The notes beneath the pieces were generated by a model. The model had not been told where the DNA came from. It ran no database searches and saw only the letters and a program-made list of their open reading frames with translations. A DNA stretch of 64,000 nt from Mustelus asterias (lineage: Eukaryota): the NCBI RefSeq assembly GCF_964213995.1, contig NC_135821.1, forward strand, positions 52,514,001-52,578,000. Reading direction: 5' to 3'. Both the position numbers and the translations under genes were made by a program. Below, one piece after another: positions 14,113 through 27,806 of this stretch. Position 1 is the first letter of the stretch. Every line of letters starts with the position of its first letter.

Positions 14113-15304
14113 GTAACATAGACCAATTGTTCTGTGGGATGTGCTGGTATATAATGACTTCAAACACAGAAAAAATAGCTGTGTGAACAATCCAAGGTCT
14201 ATTTTTTTATCAGGGATATGTCCTAGTTTTTACAATAAAATGACTTGAATTTAACTTGAATTTATTTAGTGACTTTCGTGTCCTCAGGACATTCCAAAAT
14301 GCTTCACAGCCAATGTAGTACTTTTGAAGCATAGTCACTGTTGTGATATGGTAAAATATTGCAGCCAATTTCTTGCACAATAAGATTCCATCAACAGCAT
14401 TGAGATAAGTGATTAGATGATCTGTTGTTGGTCATATCACATCAGGTTTTAGTGTCAAGACCCTGTGGGTGATAAAATGTTCAAATCCTTTCTTTATATC
14501 TCTGAAACCTTATTTTATCCAAAGTGGTCATATTCCTAGATGACCATTAGCTGTTCTCCCTTTCTGAGGGAGAGAGCTGACTGGTGGCAACTTAATCTAA
14601 GGATCAGCACATCTCAGGTAAGGGGCGAGGTTGAGAAGGCAGGCCTTCATGAATAACCTCACCAGTATGGGAATTGAACCTGCACTTTTGGCAACATTCT
14701 GCATCATAAACCAGCTGTCTAGCCAATTGAGCTAAACCAATCCCCTTTCATCTACAATTCAGACAAATGAGATCACAGTCCCTATTTCTGTTAGGTGATT
14801 TCTAGCGCTTTGTGACAATGCTTTGGAATTTGGATCTGATTGAAGGCAAAAAGATAGCACTGCTACTCCTTGATAAGTGTTTCAGGTGAAGCCAGTTCAA
14901 GATGTCTCAGTTCAAGGAGCATGAGAGCCCATCCAAACTTATCTGTCTTGGTTGTGTGAACTTTCTTTGTTTCCAATCAGGCTACTATATAATGTTCCAC
15001 ATAGAGGCCAGATGAGGGACTGGTGACATTCACAGTTGAATCAGTCTTGACAAACTAGCATCCTCTTGCTTCCAGCAGGTATGATGTCATTATTAATTAT
15101 TCATGATGCAGAGCATCCCATTCCCTAGCTAAATTTAAATGTACAATGATGAGTATGGGCATAAAATTGGCACATGTAAACTTTTTCCAAGTGGTATCTT
15201 TTTACCATTCCCCCTTCCCCTACAGCTGCTGTATTGTATGAATCATACACGCTGACCAATTTCCATTAACTTTCCAAGTGATCATACTTCATGTCAGCCT
15301 AGGT

Positions 15305-16049
15305 CAGGCTTGTCCAGAGTATGACTTGCAAAGTTCGTGTATGCAGCCCCCGGAGCAGGTTTTCCAAATGCCAGTCAAATAAATAAATTTGAATGGAAGG
15401 TTTTGCATGGAGCTGCTCCTCCAATCACAGGCCATTTATCTCCCACTTTTGCTGCGAATAAGCTTACTAGTGAGCTGATCAGCAGAAAATATGGGGCAGA
15501 AAAAGTCTGTGATTTGAGAAGCAGTGCCAGGAAGCATGGCCCAGGGAGCAAAGGTGCCAGTGAGCAGAGGTACTAGGTCATGTGGACCTGGAAGCAGACG
15601 TGCCAGGTCATGTGTACCAGGGAGCAGAGGTGCCGGGTCATGTGTACCAGGGAGCAGGGGTACCAGGTAATGTGTACCAGGGAGCAGGGATACCGGGTCA
15701 TGTGTACCACAGGGCAGAGGTCCTGGGCAGCATGGCCCAGGGAGTGGAGGAGCTGGGGAGCATGGCCCAGGGAGTGGGGGTGCAGGAGAACATGGCCCAT
15801 GGAGCAGAGGTACTGGGGAGCAGGGCCCAGGGAGCAAAGGTGCTGGGGAGCAGGGCCCAGGGAGTGAAGGTGCCGGGGAGTGCAACCAGGAGGGGCTGAG
15901 GAGTGTGGTACAGGGAGCAGAGGCATTGCAGAGCTTGGCTCAGTTGTCCAGAGCTAGTCCCAGGTGGGATGGAATGGGACCGGAGGCATCCAAAGTGGGA
16001 AAAATTTTGATATGTGGCCCTCGCCACATGAAAAGGTTCGATAAGCCTG
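15305..16049. mobile_element. hAT-like non-autonomous element carrying a 30-bp minisatellite
   Basis: Termini caggcttgtcca / tcgataagcctg with subterminal gcagccc/ggccc; left flank gcctaggt resembles a Charlie target site. Confidence 0.45.
15530..15925. repeat. 30-bp-unit minisatellite
   Basis: About 13 degenerate copies of ccagggagcagaggtgccgggtcatgtgta / ccagggagtggaggagctggggagcatggc. Confidence 0.9.
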
Positions 16050-17364
16050 GCTTGGTCAGTGAATTTGTAGAAATTGGACCATGTAGGGTATTCAATTCTG
16101 GTACTTGATATCCAGCTGGGTCAGAAGCAGGAAATCTGGCTAATTGTGCTCACTGGGGCTCCAGGAGAACTGAGCCAACTGTAGAACCTCAATGGGCACA
16201 ATCGGGCTCCATCAAAACATATTACTAGTGAGCAGAAAAATAATTGTATCTTTTGTTATGCTGAACATTGTCAAAGATTGAAACGTTCAGCAGTTGAGGG
16301 CAGGCCCATCTGAAATCAAATCACTTTAAGTTTTAACTCACTGGCTCACAGGTTACATTATTCTCACAGCACTTTGCTATTCTTGCATAACAAATAGCTC
16401 CTGAGGCATAGCAGGAGCCACAACTGAATTCATCTGTACATGTATGCATCTTTTTGATTAAAAGAGATAATAATATATCTAGGATAATTGAATAACCATT
16501 CCGTCATTGTGTAAGTACTGTTGAATGGGTGATAGAATTGGAGTGAGTTTTTTTAATGCTACATAAGAACAGACAATTTCTTAAACAGTTATAGAGCTGA
16601 AAAAAATCAGACTTGAATATGGATTTTTATGTAATGGGGAAGAATGATAGTGGAGGCTTGATATTAAAACAACACTGGTTATTAAAAATGTGTCCATTGT
16701 ATCAAAGTAATTTTTAAGTCTTTTAAAATATTCAAAAAAAAATGTGGCGGTCATTGGGAGAAAGTTTCTAGACTGATCAAGATTATCCAAATATTTTAAG
16801 TTTAGTAGTTGTTACTATTTTACAATGCCATACCTAGATTTGTTCACTTACACGTGCTCCTCTTAAATAATGAGTTTCTTTCAAATATAGCACATCACAA
16901 GTGTGATACTCTCTCATTATGGTTATGTTACTAAGTACAGCAAACACCTGCATTTGTCTGTTACACACAATTTGGGTTGTATTTATGTTAGATTAAAAAT
17001 CTGATGGAACAATGAAAAAATGCAGAATTGGGATTAATCTGTGCCTTTCAAATCCTCAGGACGTCCCAAAGAACTTCATTATTGACTGAAGGAAACTCAG
17101 GCCTTTCAAGTCTTTTGGGGATTTTTGAAAAGTTCCTAAATATCTCAAAAATTTCCTGCTACCCTATTGCAATCCATTGGGACACAATCTTGTGCTTTTG
17201 TGAGAAATGAATTCAGTCTGAGTATCTCTTTTTATTAAAAAATGTTATTTAAGAGTTAATATAGACAGGTTCATTTTACAGTATTATAAACTTCAATCTA
17301 ATAATTCACCCATCATCGAGAAGCAGTAGACTCCAGGGGAGCAGGAACTTTCAGTTTTGGGGTT

Positions 17365-17665
17365 TCATGGTAGCACAGTGGTTAGCACTGCTCTTTCACA
17401 GTGACCCAAGTCGGGTTCGGTTCCCAGCTTGGGTCACTGTCTGTGTGGAGTCTGCACGTTCTCTGTGTTTGTGTGGGTTTCCTCCAGGTGCTCCAGTTTC
17501 CTCCCACAGTTCGAAAAGACGTGCTGGTTAGGTACATTGGCCATGCTAAATTCTCCCTCAGTGTACTCAAACAGGCACCGCCGGACTGTGGCAACTAGGG
17601 GATTTTCACAGTAACTTCATTGCAGTGTTAATGTAAGCCTACTTGTGACACTAATAAATAAACTT
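17365..17665 (+). mobile_element. tRNA-derived SINE (HE1-like)
   Basis: ggtagcacagtggttagcactg...gggttcggttcc...tgtgtggagtctgcacgttctc. Confidence 0.85.
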
Positions 17666-18782
17666 AAATTTAATATTCGCAAGGATTTTGTTTGCAAAAA
17701 TTGAAATTGAGATGGAAACAATAATTTGTGAACTAATAAAAATCTTGATTCTCACTGAAGTTGTGTTATACATATAACTGTGGTTCTTAACCAGGTTGAT
17801 TCAATTGGTAGCATCCCTCTGGGTCAAAAGGTATGTGAGTTTGTACTTCAGTCCTGATTTGAACACAGGCTTTGGCTCCACTGCAGAACTTAAGGAGTGC
17901 TACAATATTGGAGGTGCCATCTTTCAGGTAGATGTTAAAGATCCCATGGTGTTATTTCAGAATGAAAGGAACTTCTCTCTGGTCTCCTGGCCAACATTTA
18001 TACTTCAATCAACACAAAAAAAACAGATAATGTGGTTATTTTCATATTGCCATTCTTGTGACCTTGCTGTGCACAGTTTAGTTGCTGCATTCCTTCCAAG
18101 AGTAACTTCACTTCTAAAGTTCTTAATTGGTCATGTTGAGCTTTTGGTCATCTTGAGATTATAAAGGCACTATATAAAGCTAAGGATTTCTCCAGAGATA
18201 TGACAAAGCACAGTATAATGTCAACGTTTTCATAATCACTAAAAGGTCTTACTCACTTTAAATTCTCGGTTGCATTCCATGATAATTTCAAAAGTAATAT
18301 TTTTCCAATTAGAAACCTGAGTGAAGAGGCAAGTCCCTTAGTGTGAGACATCATTCGAGTTGTAAGGAGTAATAAAGTAAAAGGGAAGACTTACATTTCT
18401 ACAGCACTTTTCATGACCTTAGCATCTCCCAAAATATTTTACAGCCAATGAAATACTTTTGTGACATGTGGTCACTGGTCTAATATAGGACAGGAAACAT
18501 CAGATAAATTAAGTGGTAATTAGGTTATAACAGAAAATCTCCTTGATTTTCCATTGATGTCGTGTCTGGGACTAACTGATAAGAGATCAATTGCTATGAT
18601 AGTCAACAACTCCATTGTCTTTGTATAATGCAACTACCAGAGCGGCAGAACAGATGAACCCTTGTCTTTGTCGTGTAGCAATTCTCATGTAAAATGCAAA
18701 TCTTATGAAATGATGAAGTTGTCACCTTGATGTGGTATTTTCGAAACTGAAAGATATATATTTCAAAAATGGTGTTTTTCAG

Positions 18783-19515
18783 ATATGATCCTCGTTTCAA
18801 CACTTGGTTTCATTTGGCCAGTATGCTCCAGAGGCGAACCCACTTCAGCATGTGCACTTACAACGGTCTTATTTTCGCCATCGGAGGTCGGAATCCAGAA
18901 GGTCCTCTCGCATCCATGGAATGTTACATCCCCTCCACTAATCAGTGGCAATTGAAGGCTCGGATGGAGGTTGCACGCTGTTGCCATGCTTCTGCACTCA
19001 GTGACGGCAAGATCCTGGTAACTGGCGGCTATATCAACAATGGCTATTCTCGCACAGTGTGTGCCTATGATCCTACGATAGACACTTGGAAAGACCATGT
19101 CAGTTTGAGTACCCCCAGAGGCTGGCATTGTGCAGTCACCTTTGGTGACTATAGCTACGTGATGGGCGGCAGTCAGCTTGGGCCGCAAGGTGAGCGAGTC
19201 GATGTGATAACAGTTGAACGCTACAATGCTTACACTGGCCAATGGAACTACGTGGCTCCTCTAGCCATCGGTGTAAGTACAGCTGGTGCAACAACCCTGA
19301 ATGACAGAATCTATTTGGTTGGAGGTTGGAATGAAAGTGCAAAGAAGTACAAGAGCTGCATCCAGGCCTACAATCCAGATCTGAATGAATGGACTGAGGA
19401 GGATGAGCTGCCGGAGGCTACAGTGGGCGTCTCGTGCTGCGCCATTATGTTACCAAACAACAAACTTCGGGAGTCCAGAGCCAGCTCAGTGGCATCTGCA
19501 GCAATCAGTATCTAA
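18783..19515 (+). CDS. Kelch-like protein 31-like, last coding exon (Kelch repeats)
   Basis: Acceptor tttttcag|A TAT GAT CCT matches phase 2. YDPRFNTW...[15 protein letters not shown] resembles the KLHL31 C-terminus. Joined CDS is 1920 nt = 639 aa + stop. Confidence 0.93.
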
Positions 19516-22500
19516 TGAGCAACATATTTTAAATTAAATTAAACTCCTTATACAGCCAGATTCAAAATTCAAACCCTAGTATTACTACCCAATTCGTTCT
19601 TTACTGCATAGAGGCCTTGCCGGAATATTTCATCTCACAATGTCTGGCAAAACTCACCAATTGGTTTCACGATAGCTAGGTACCTCTGTCTCATAAAGGT
19701 GGAAATCTTGACGAAAGTGCTTGACAAATCTTTTTATTTCCCCAAAATTCTAACCTGGTTGAAATGCAAACTCTTTGTCTCATTCCCATTCATTTCAGGT
19801 GGGTTTGGTGGTGAGAATGGAAAATATGGTGAGAAGGCCAAAGTCACATTTCACAATGGAATTATACTCCCCACATCTCAATGATGCGTTCACGGCGGCG
19901 TGGTGTCAGAATAACACGAGGCACGACTGGTCTCAGAAGGCAGGCACCTGGCGACGAATATTCGGTGAAGAGCTCGGAGGTGAACGCAGCATCCCAGATT
20001 GATGCCTGGGGGCTTCATGAAGAAAGTTTCCTGGCGTGCTTGCCGAGACAACCTTTAAACATGGCGCTCAAATCATTGAAGTGCTGTTGATGGCGGGGCA
20101 GGCAAATCAAAGCCCCCCCTGCTCTTACTCACGAGCAATAAAAGTTTTGTCAAATATTTTCCATGAAGATAATTGCCTCTTGAACATGAGTGCAAATCAC
20201 AAAGACACATCTATATCGTCATTCAACTAAATCGAATTGTTCACTGGATTCAGCGTTCTCCAAGACTCAGCTACCCGAATGACACTTTCTATCAACTATT
20301 TGGATTATATAGAAATCTATTTGATTCCTTTCTGATTTAGATGCTCTGAAGAATGAAATCAGTTATGTTTCTCAAATTCAGATTCAGTAAAGTTACATCA
20401 ATGTTGACCAGTCAGAGAAGAAGAGACAACAAAATGGAGAATGGCTTCTATAAAAACACCAATTTTATAACATTACTAATTCTCCTCCCCTTTAGTATCA
20501 TCTCTTGAGAGAGAGTGAATGTTGTTTGCAAAAGGTAAGAGACGTTTTGGTTGATTAGTAGTGTCCGCGCTTCACCTAAAAGTAGCTGAAGAGGCTTGCT
20601 AAACACTTGACACCGTGTTTTGGACAACTTCGTCAAAAGGAGTCACAATAAACTAAAGGGATTTTCCAGTTCCATTTCACAAAGTATGAAGTGGAAGTTC
20701 AACAAATTTAACAAACCAGTTGTCAGAATGAATTTCGAGTCTTACCAAAAGGCAAATATTAAAACAAAAGCCATCAGCATTTTGGTATTAGCTGTATGAA
20801 GGTGAAAGTACAATTCTTACAAATTACTGTGTTGCAGTTACCAAAGCAAGAAAAGGGAAAAGTTATGATTATGAAGAGTACTAGTACTAAAATTTGTGAT
20901 AAATTGAAGTTATAAAAAGAGGTAGCAGCAAATGAGGGGATTTCGTAATTCTGTAATTAGCTTGAAAGCACTGACGAATATGAAGTGAAATATGATTCAT
21001 GTTGTCCTGTGTTTTCAGTTTTAGAAATTGTCTTTCCAAATTTTGAGAAGATTTATGTCTTTACCTTCTACCTTTTTGTTAAATTTTAAAAGGAATCTGA
21101 TGTTTCAAGTTGTTGTTGAAAACCAATTCAAAGTTATATTTATTAAAAACTAAAACAACTTATCCAAGTCACCGAGTAGAAGGATGTGGGAGGACTGAGG
21201 GGACATAGATCCCGAAATTATAACCCCAACTTCCTTTCTCCACAAACTTCAGCTGCTGAATGCTTGCAACATTTTATTTCAAATCTCCAGCATCTGCAGT
21301 ATTTTAATATTTTTTATATATATGTGGGAGGGCAGGAGGGAGACAGGAGAACCCAAATGATCAATGTTTAATTGTTTTCAAAAATCAACATCCAAAACAT
21401 AGAATTCCACCTTAATTAGCTGCTACATTTTGAAACTTGAAAATATGGTTCATTGCATAGCAATAATAATGGGGCGAAGCTCTGGAGGTTCTATCCTTTG
21501 GCAGAACTAAAATGAAATGTAGCAATAGGACAATATAGCAATGTATAAGGATAGTTCAGAACACAAAGCACGAGAATGGAAATGGAGGTGGAGGAAGGAG
21601 GAGAAAAGAATGTACATTTTTAGCAGTCTTGCAGCCATAATGGACCTGGCCAAGACTGAGACAAGTCACAAGAAAAATACTTCATGGTGGTTCTGTGCTG
21701 CAAATGAGGTATGTGACTTTTGAGCTCATTCAAAGTAATTGCTTAAATACGTGGCGAGAAAAAGCACCCTCATGCTGCAAATTAAAGTTACATGAATGGT
21801 TCACAGCTAAACTATTAGACAGAGTGCTCTGCAAAATAGAGAAGAGACACAAATTGGTCAAAGTCACTATGTCCCAAAGGTGTTAAAGCAGCGGTGTTAA
21901 TACATGTCTCTTCATTTTCCCAATGGAATAACAGCTTGGAGAGAAAATCTAAATTGAAAAGTATTTTATTGAAGCTCATTTTAAACAAGACCTGAAGAAA
22001 GTATGGCTGAAAGCACGGTGGATACTTTGAAACACAAAAAAAAATATTGTATCATTTAACTCAAAACTTGGAATAGAACTCAATTTATATTAACTGAGAT
22101 ATAATTTTGTAAACTGGATCTCAGAAGCAGAGGCTGGTCAAAATTGTGCTCATGGCGAAAATACTTTTCTACAGGTCTTAATAAATGTTGAGAGGCTTTA
22201 CTGAGGGTGACAGTGAAAGCAATGGAATCTTGAGTAATTTTAAGATGTTGCAGTTAAAATGTTTCAGTCAATGTAAGAGAATATGAAAGGTCACTGACAG
22301 GTTAAAGATGGATTCCTTAATGATTAAAGCTGACTCCCAGCGTTTTATGTTAAAACAAAAGCAACTGTTGGCACTTTTTTAAAAAGTTACAAATATTCAA
22401 AAATAACCTAGCATTATCTATTGTGGGCACAAAGCAAATGACAGTGATGAATGAATATCAGTATGGATCATTGAAACCGTGTGTGGTTAATCACGCAAAC

Positions 22501-25073
22501 GCTTCTCCAACTTAGCTTAATTAGATTTTAGATAAAGTACATAGCTTCCAATTTATATAATGGAAAGTGCCCAGAGAACATAGATTTCTCTGGAATTAAA
22601 CTGGAGAAATGTGATACATGAGGTGGTGGGTGAGGGAATGGTAAAAGGTGATGGCGAAGAATGTTGGAAAGTACTCTTCTTTAAATGGCCAGCCAATGAC
22701 ATTCAGTTACAAACTCAGCTTAACACAGAACCATTCTTTGCTCTAAGCTTTAGGCAGCCGTCAAGAGCTGGACAAAAAATGCAGACAATCATTTAAATAA
22801 AAAGGAAAAGCAGTTCACACAACTTGGATCACAAAGGGATTGAATGGTATTGATTCAAAAAAATATTACTGCTGTGAACTTGCCATCTGGAATACTGGAT
22901 AAATGACTATTCTCAGCAACGGGCTTCAGACTGTTAAACATACTAGTTCTAATGCTATAATGGATTTGCAATTTACCATTCCTGCCATAAGCAGGAGACA
23001 AAAGGCATTTAATAATACTGTACCCATACGTGACATGACTAATATGGGGCAAAAAGCACAGAACAACATGACTGAAGCCTGATCAAAGCAGAACTAATTT
23101 TTCAATTTTAGAATTCAAACAAGGTTTAGAAACAAGGTTTCTATGCAACAGAACAGGATAAGAATGGTGAGAAAGAAATTTCTAGGATTTCCCCTGCAAG
23201 AGTTCTCTAACAAGGTTGAATGGAATGGTACAATACATTCAGATTAAGTTGCATTTATTTGAACTCCATTTCCAGATGAGCGTGAGAGACGTACGCACGC
23301 GCACACAGTGAGTTAATACCTTGTATAACATGTTGACAGGCTGGCAGCTAAAGTTAGAGTGTTTTTGAAGGATAGATAAAGTAATAAAAAGGGCTGTTTG
23401 ATTTAAAACAAAATTGCATTCGTCATATGAAAATTACAGAAATGTGTCAGGTTCCTTGCATACTCACCGTCATGAGAAGATTTGAATTACTATTTATGTG
23501 TGAATAAAAATATATAAATAGTAAATATGGTGCATTTATTGTGTTTGTCATAAATCTGGTGCATTTATTGTCTGTCGCTATCTTACAATCATAAGGGTTT
23601 CACACAATGTAATTAAATATCCCTAAGGTAGTTTAATCAACCAACACATTGAAATGAAAACATTCTACGTAATTCTTTGAAACTGGAGATGCAAAAATGA
23701 ATCAGAATTGTTACATCAACAAAAACAAAAAGTGCTAGAAGCCCTCAGCAGGTCAGGGAACGTTTATCGATAGAATGACATTAACATTTTGATTGTGGAC
23801 CCTTTGTCAAAATTGGAAAAAAATACTGATAAATATCTCTTTTAAAATTAAAAAAGGGAAAACATTTCAAAACACCAGACTGTTCAAGTGCAAACTAGGT
23901 CATCGTTAGAAGTGATAATGAGACAAAAGGAGACATTATATTAAACCAAGTAAAGACACAAACAGAAGATATATAGGAATGGAAACACTGAAATCTGGAG
24001 ATGTAGAGCCAGTTCCAGCAGTTCAGGAACCTGGTAGAAGAGGGGGTAAAACAGCCCGGCATCAAGAGTGCAGACTGTCTGGACAGAGAGAATGTTCTGA
24101 TGCATCGTCTCCATCCCAGCCTCTTCCCTCATTCTTGGAAACAGTCATCCTTGGGGTGGAGACTCTCAATCCAAACACATAGCTGATGAGGAAGTCTGCA
24201 TCATTGGAATTTACTAGCTTTACTATGTTCCTTCTCCTCCGGTATTTTTCTCCTTCCTCCATAACTTTGTTCAATTCATTCTTGAATGCTGCTCATCGGT
24301 CATATCTTCAATTAAGACAACATTCAGAGTGGGATACTACAACTAACCACTTGGAGTGGTCCCAATCAACTTTTCACTTGGATCACTCGGTAGAAGATAA
24401 GACGCCAGCTATAATGCTTTTCACTGCAGAATTGACAAAACTTTCCTGAGCATGAATTCATGGTGCACAGCTTTCCACAACAAAAACACAAACAGGAAAT
24501 CACATATGCAAAGCCCAAGATTTCTTTCTCCTGATGGGTGACACTGTGTTGAGAATGCACAATTGGAAAGTTTAATCTGGTGTTCAGAATTACATCTGAA
24601 GAATCAGCATTTGGCTGAAATATTGATTATCGCACAAGAAAGCAGACAAGGTAAAACGTAATAAAAAAAGGAATGGGAAGATTTTAGGGCAAATATAGGT
24701 CTATAATGGGGTGATTCACATCAATAAGCTCTTGTTCCATTCAAGCATCAAGATGCTTGAGTTTGCAGATAGGTGGAGTACACAACAAATAGCAACATCA
24801 CAAATGGCCTACATTCATTAAAATGTGGGAAACTCATCACTGGACAAACAACAGATCAGTACAGAGTCAGAATGTGATGTAAACCCACAGAACAAGTTTG
24901 AAATGATCTTTCAGATATTTTAGGAATAAAGTATATTTGTGCAAAAAGAAATACAATTGACAAGTGTCTTTCTGCCTAAACGAAATTTACAATGATGAGG
25001 TAACTACCACTAGACTGAAACAGAATAGGGTTCTGGATCAGGTTATTGTATTACTGATAGTTACAAAACATTT

Positions 25074-25103
25074 TTATTTTCCTGGAAGAATGATACCATC
25101 ATA
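25074..25103 (-). CDS. RPL11: RPL11 exon 6 (last coding exon)
   Basis: tttgcag|YDGIILPGK*; total CDS 537 nt = 178 aa + stop. Confidence 0.95.
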   Translation of the reverse strand, partial: YDGIILPGK

Positions 25104-25220
25104 CTGCAAAAAAAAGAAAAGCAAATCATTAGAAAATGCAATGTCTTTTAACAAATTTCAGGTTACATCAATATCTACACAACATTTGATGGCCGAGGGA
25201 CACTATGGAAGTAAAGGTAC

Positions 25221-25331
25221 CTTCTGTTGAAACCAACGCATGGCCTCCTCCTTGTTGATCCTGTGTTTGGCTCCAATGCGACCACGTTTACGCTTCTTGT
25301 CAGCAATGCTGAAGCCTGGTCTTCCCAGAAC
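25221..25331 (-). CDS. RPL11: RPL11 exon 5
   Basis: [37 protein letters not shown]; 111 nt; ag/gt boundaries. Confidence 0.97.
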
Positions 25332-25571
25332 CTATAAAATTGAGAAGAGGAGGAAAGGAGTCATAACTAAAGCAGTGGGGGGGGGGGAACAAAGGAAAAA
25401 TCTTTCATCTCCAGTACCAAAGTTTAAAATTTCTAGGCTATTGGAGAAAACTACAAATGGGTCACACTTTACTTAAACAATAGAATCCCTGCAGTGCAGA
25501 AGGAGGCCACTCAGCTCATTGAGTCTGCACTGACTCTCCGAAAGAGCATCTTATCTTACTCACAGCCACTG

Positions 25572-26248
25572 CCCCCCCCCCACCACCACCACCCAATCCC
25601 CCCCACCCACCACCCAATCCCCCCCCACCCAATCCCCCCCCACCACCCAATCCCCCCCCCCCACCCAATCCCCCCCACCCACCCAATCCCCCCACCACCC
25701 AATCCCCCCCCCACCCACCACCCAATCCCCCCCCACCCACCACCCAATCCCCCCCCACCACCACCACCCAATCCCCCCCCACCCACCACCCAATCCCCCC
25801 CCACCACCACCACCCAATCCCCCCCCCCACCACCACCCAATCCCCCCCCCCACCACCACCCAATCCCCCCCCCACCACCACCCAATCCCCCCCACCACCA
25901 CCACCCAATCCCCCCCCACCACCACCACCCAATCCACCACCACCCAATCCCCCCCCACCACCACCACCCAATCCCCCCCCACCACCACCACCCAATCCCC
26001 CCCCCACCACCACCACCCAATCCCCCCCACCACCCAATCCCCCCCCCCACCACCCAATCCCCCCCCCACCACCACCACCCAATCCCCCCCCACCACCACC
26101 ACCCAATCCCCCCCCCACCACCACCACCCAATCCCCCCCCCACCCAATCTCCCCCCCCCACCACCCAATCCCTCCCCCCACCACCCAATCCCTCCCCCCA
26201 CCCAACCACCCAATCCCCCCACCCCACCACCACCACCACCCAATCCCC
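25572..26248. repeat. C-rich low-complexity tandem array (ccacccaatcccccc)n
   Basis: Directly visible; lies inside a minus-strand SINE (about 25480-26485). Confidence 0.95.
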
Positions 26249-27504
26249 GTAACCCTGTGCATTTACCATGGCTAATCCACCAAACCTACACATCTTTTTT
26301 GGACACTAAGGGTCAACACAGCATAGCCAATCCACCTAACCTGCACATCTCTGGACTGTGGGAGTAAACCAGAGCACCTGGAGGAAACGCACACACAGGG
26401 AGAACGTGCAAACTCCTCACACACAGTCACCCAAGGCCAGAATTGAACCTGGGTCCCTGGCGCTGTGATGCAGCAGTGCTAAACTAAACCAACATCAATG
26501 TCTTCAGATGGCAAATAGAGCAGTGAGGAAGGATTAATCTAGTGAGGCAAGGGAGGGGCAAAAATTCGCAAACGTGAAGTTAAGAATGCAGATACTAAAG
26601 GGGAAAAATAGTACAAAGGTTGGTGGGAAGGGCTGAAAGGGAAAAAGCACACAAGAAATAATAATAGAAAGGGAAAGGGATTTCAACTTATAACACTATA
26701 ATACTTTCAAGATAGGTAGTAAAGTGAAGCTGTGTGGCCAATTAATTAAGGAGATAATTACAACCACCAAAAAGTTTATAATGGATGATTCTCAAACAAA
26801 ATTTGTCTCAAAGTAATTACCATAATGGGTGTACATTATAGATCAAATAATGTAGAACATTTCAGGAGGACAGAACAGTTGGCAGAATGATCATTTTGAA
26901 GCGAAGAAGAGATTTAGCAGCGCAGATACATAGATCTTTATGAGCTGTGGGTATATAAAAACATCATTTCCAGGGGAAAGATACGATGGCTCACTAGAAT
27001 CAGTTCCGTTTGAAGAACATGTTTTCTATCACGTTTTATTAGAATATGGAATGACTTACAGGATTAATTGCCAAGACAGAGACTAGTATTTTATTTTAAA
27101 ACCTGGAGAAATGTTTGAAGAAATAGAACACAGAACAAAAAGGCAAAGTGTAATTGGAGTAGATAGTCCTAGTTGAAGAGCTAGCACTGGAACAGGTGAG
27201 TGGGATCAAATGGCCTCCGATGCTGCACTTCCAGTATTTCAATTTTCACTCAGTAATACTCAGTGTCACCAAGGGAACACTTGCAGCACATTTTACCTTC
27301 ATCATGGTTCTTAGCTGGCTTTGAACCACCATTCACACAGCCGGCCGAACAATATGATACTAAATCCAGCTGACTCCGCTTTCCATCATTAGGAATGGAA
27401 AGCATGTTATTTAGAAGCAGATTACCCCAGCTTTCAGAGAGAGAAAGTTTGAAGTTTGGTTTTTGGTCAGTGCTAAGCTAGCTGATCCAGGCCAGGTCAC
27501 TGTG

Positions 27505-27806
27505 AGTGGCACAGTGGTTAGCACTGCTGCTTCACAACTCCAGGAACCTGAGTTCAATTCCCAGTTTGGATCACTATCTGTGTGGAGTTTGCACGTTCTC
27601 CCTGTGTCAGCAAGGGTTTCCTCCGGTTTCCTCTCACAGTCCAAAGATGTGCAGGTGAGGTGCATTGGCCATGCTAAATTGCCTCTTAGTGTCCCGGGAT
27701 GGACAGGTTAGAAGGATTAGTGGGGTAAATATGTGGGGTTACGGGGATAGGGCCTGGGTGGGATTGTTGTTGGTGTGGACTCGGATGGGCCGAACGGCCT
27801 CCTTCT
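27505..27806 (+). mobile_element. tRNA-derived SINE (HE1-like)
   Basis: A/B boxes, conserved body and CR1-like tail. Confidence 0.85.

Noticed and set aside
15436-16027. Overlapping repetitive ORFs on both strands
   Set aside because: Artefact of a 30-bp minisatellite; no splice or homology support.
18763-19342. Minus-strand ORFs over the Kelch exon
   Set aside because: Antisense shadows of the real KLHL exon.
25494-26293. Long Pro/His-rich and Gly/Trp-rich ORFs
   Set aside because: Translations of a stop-free low-complexity array inside an intronic SINE.
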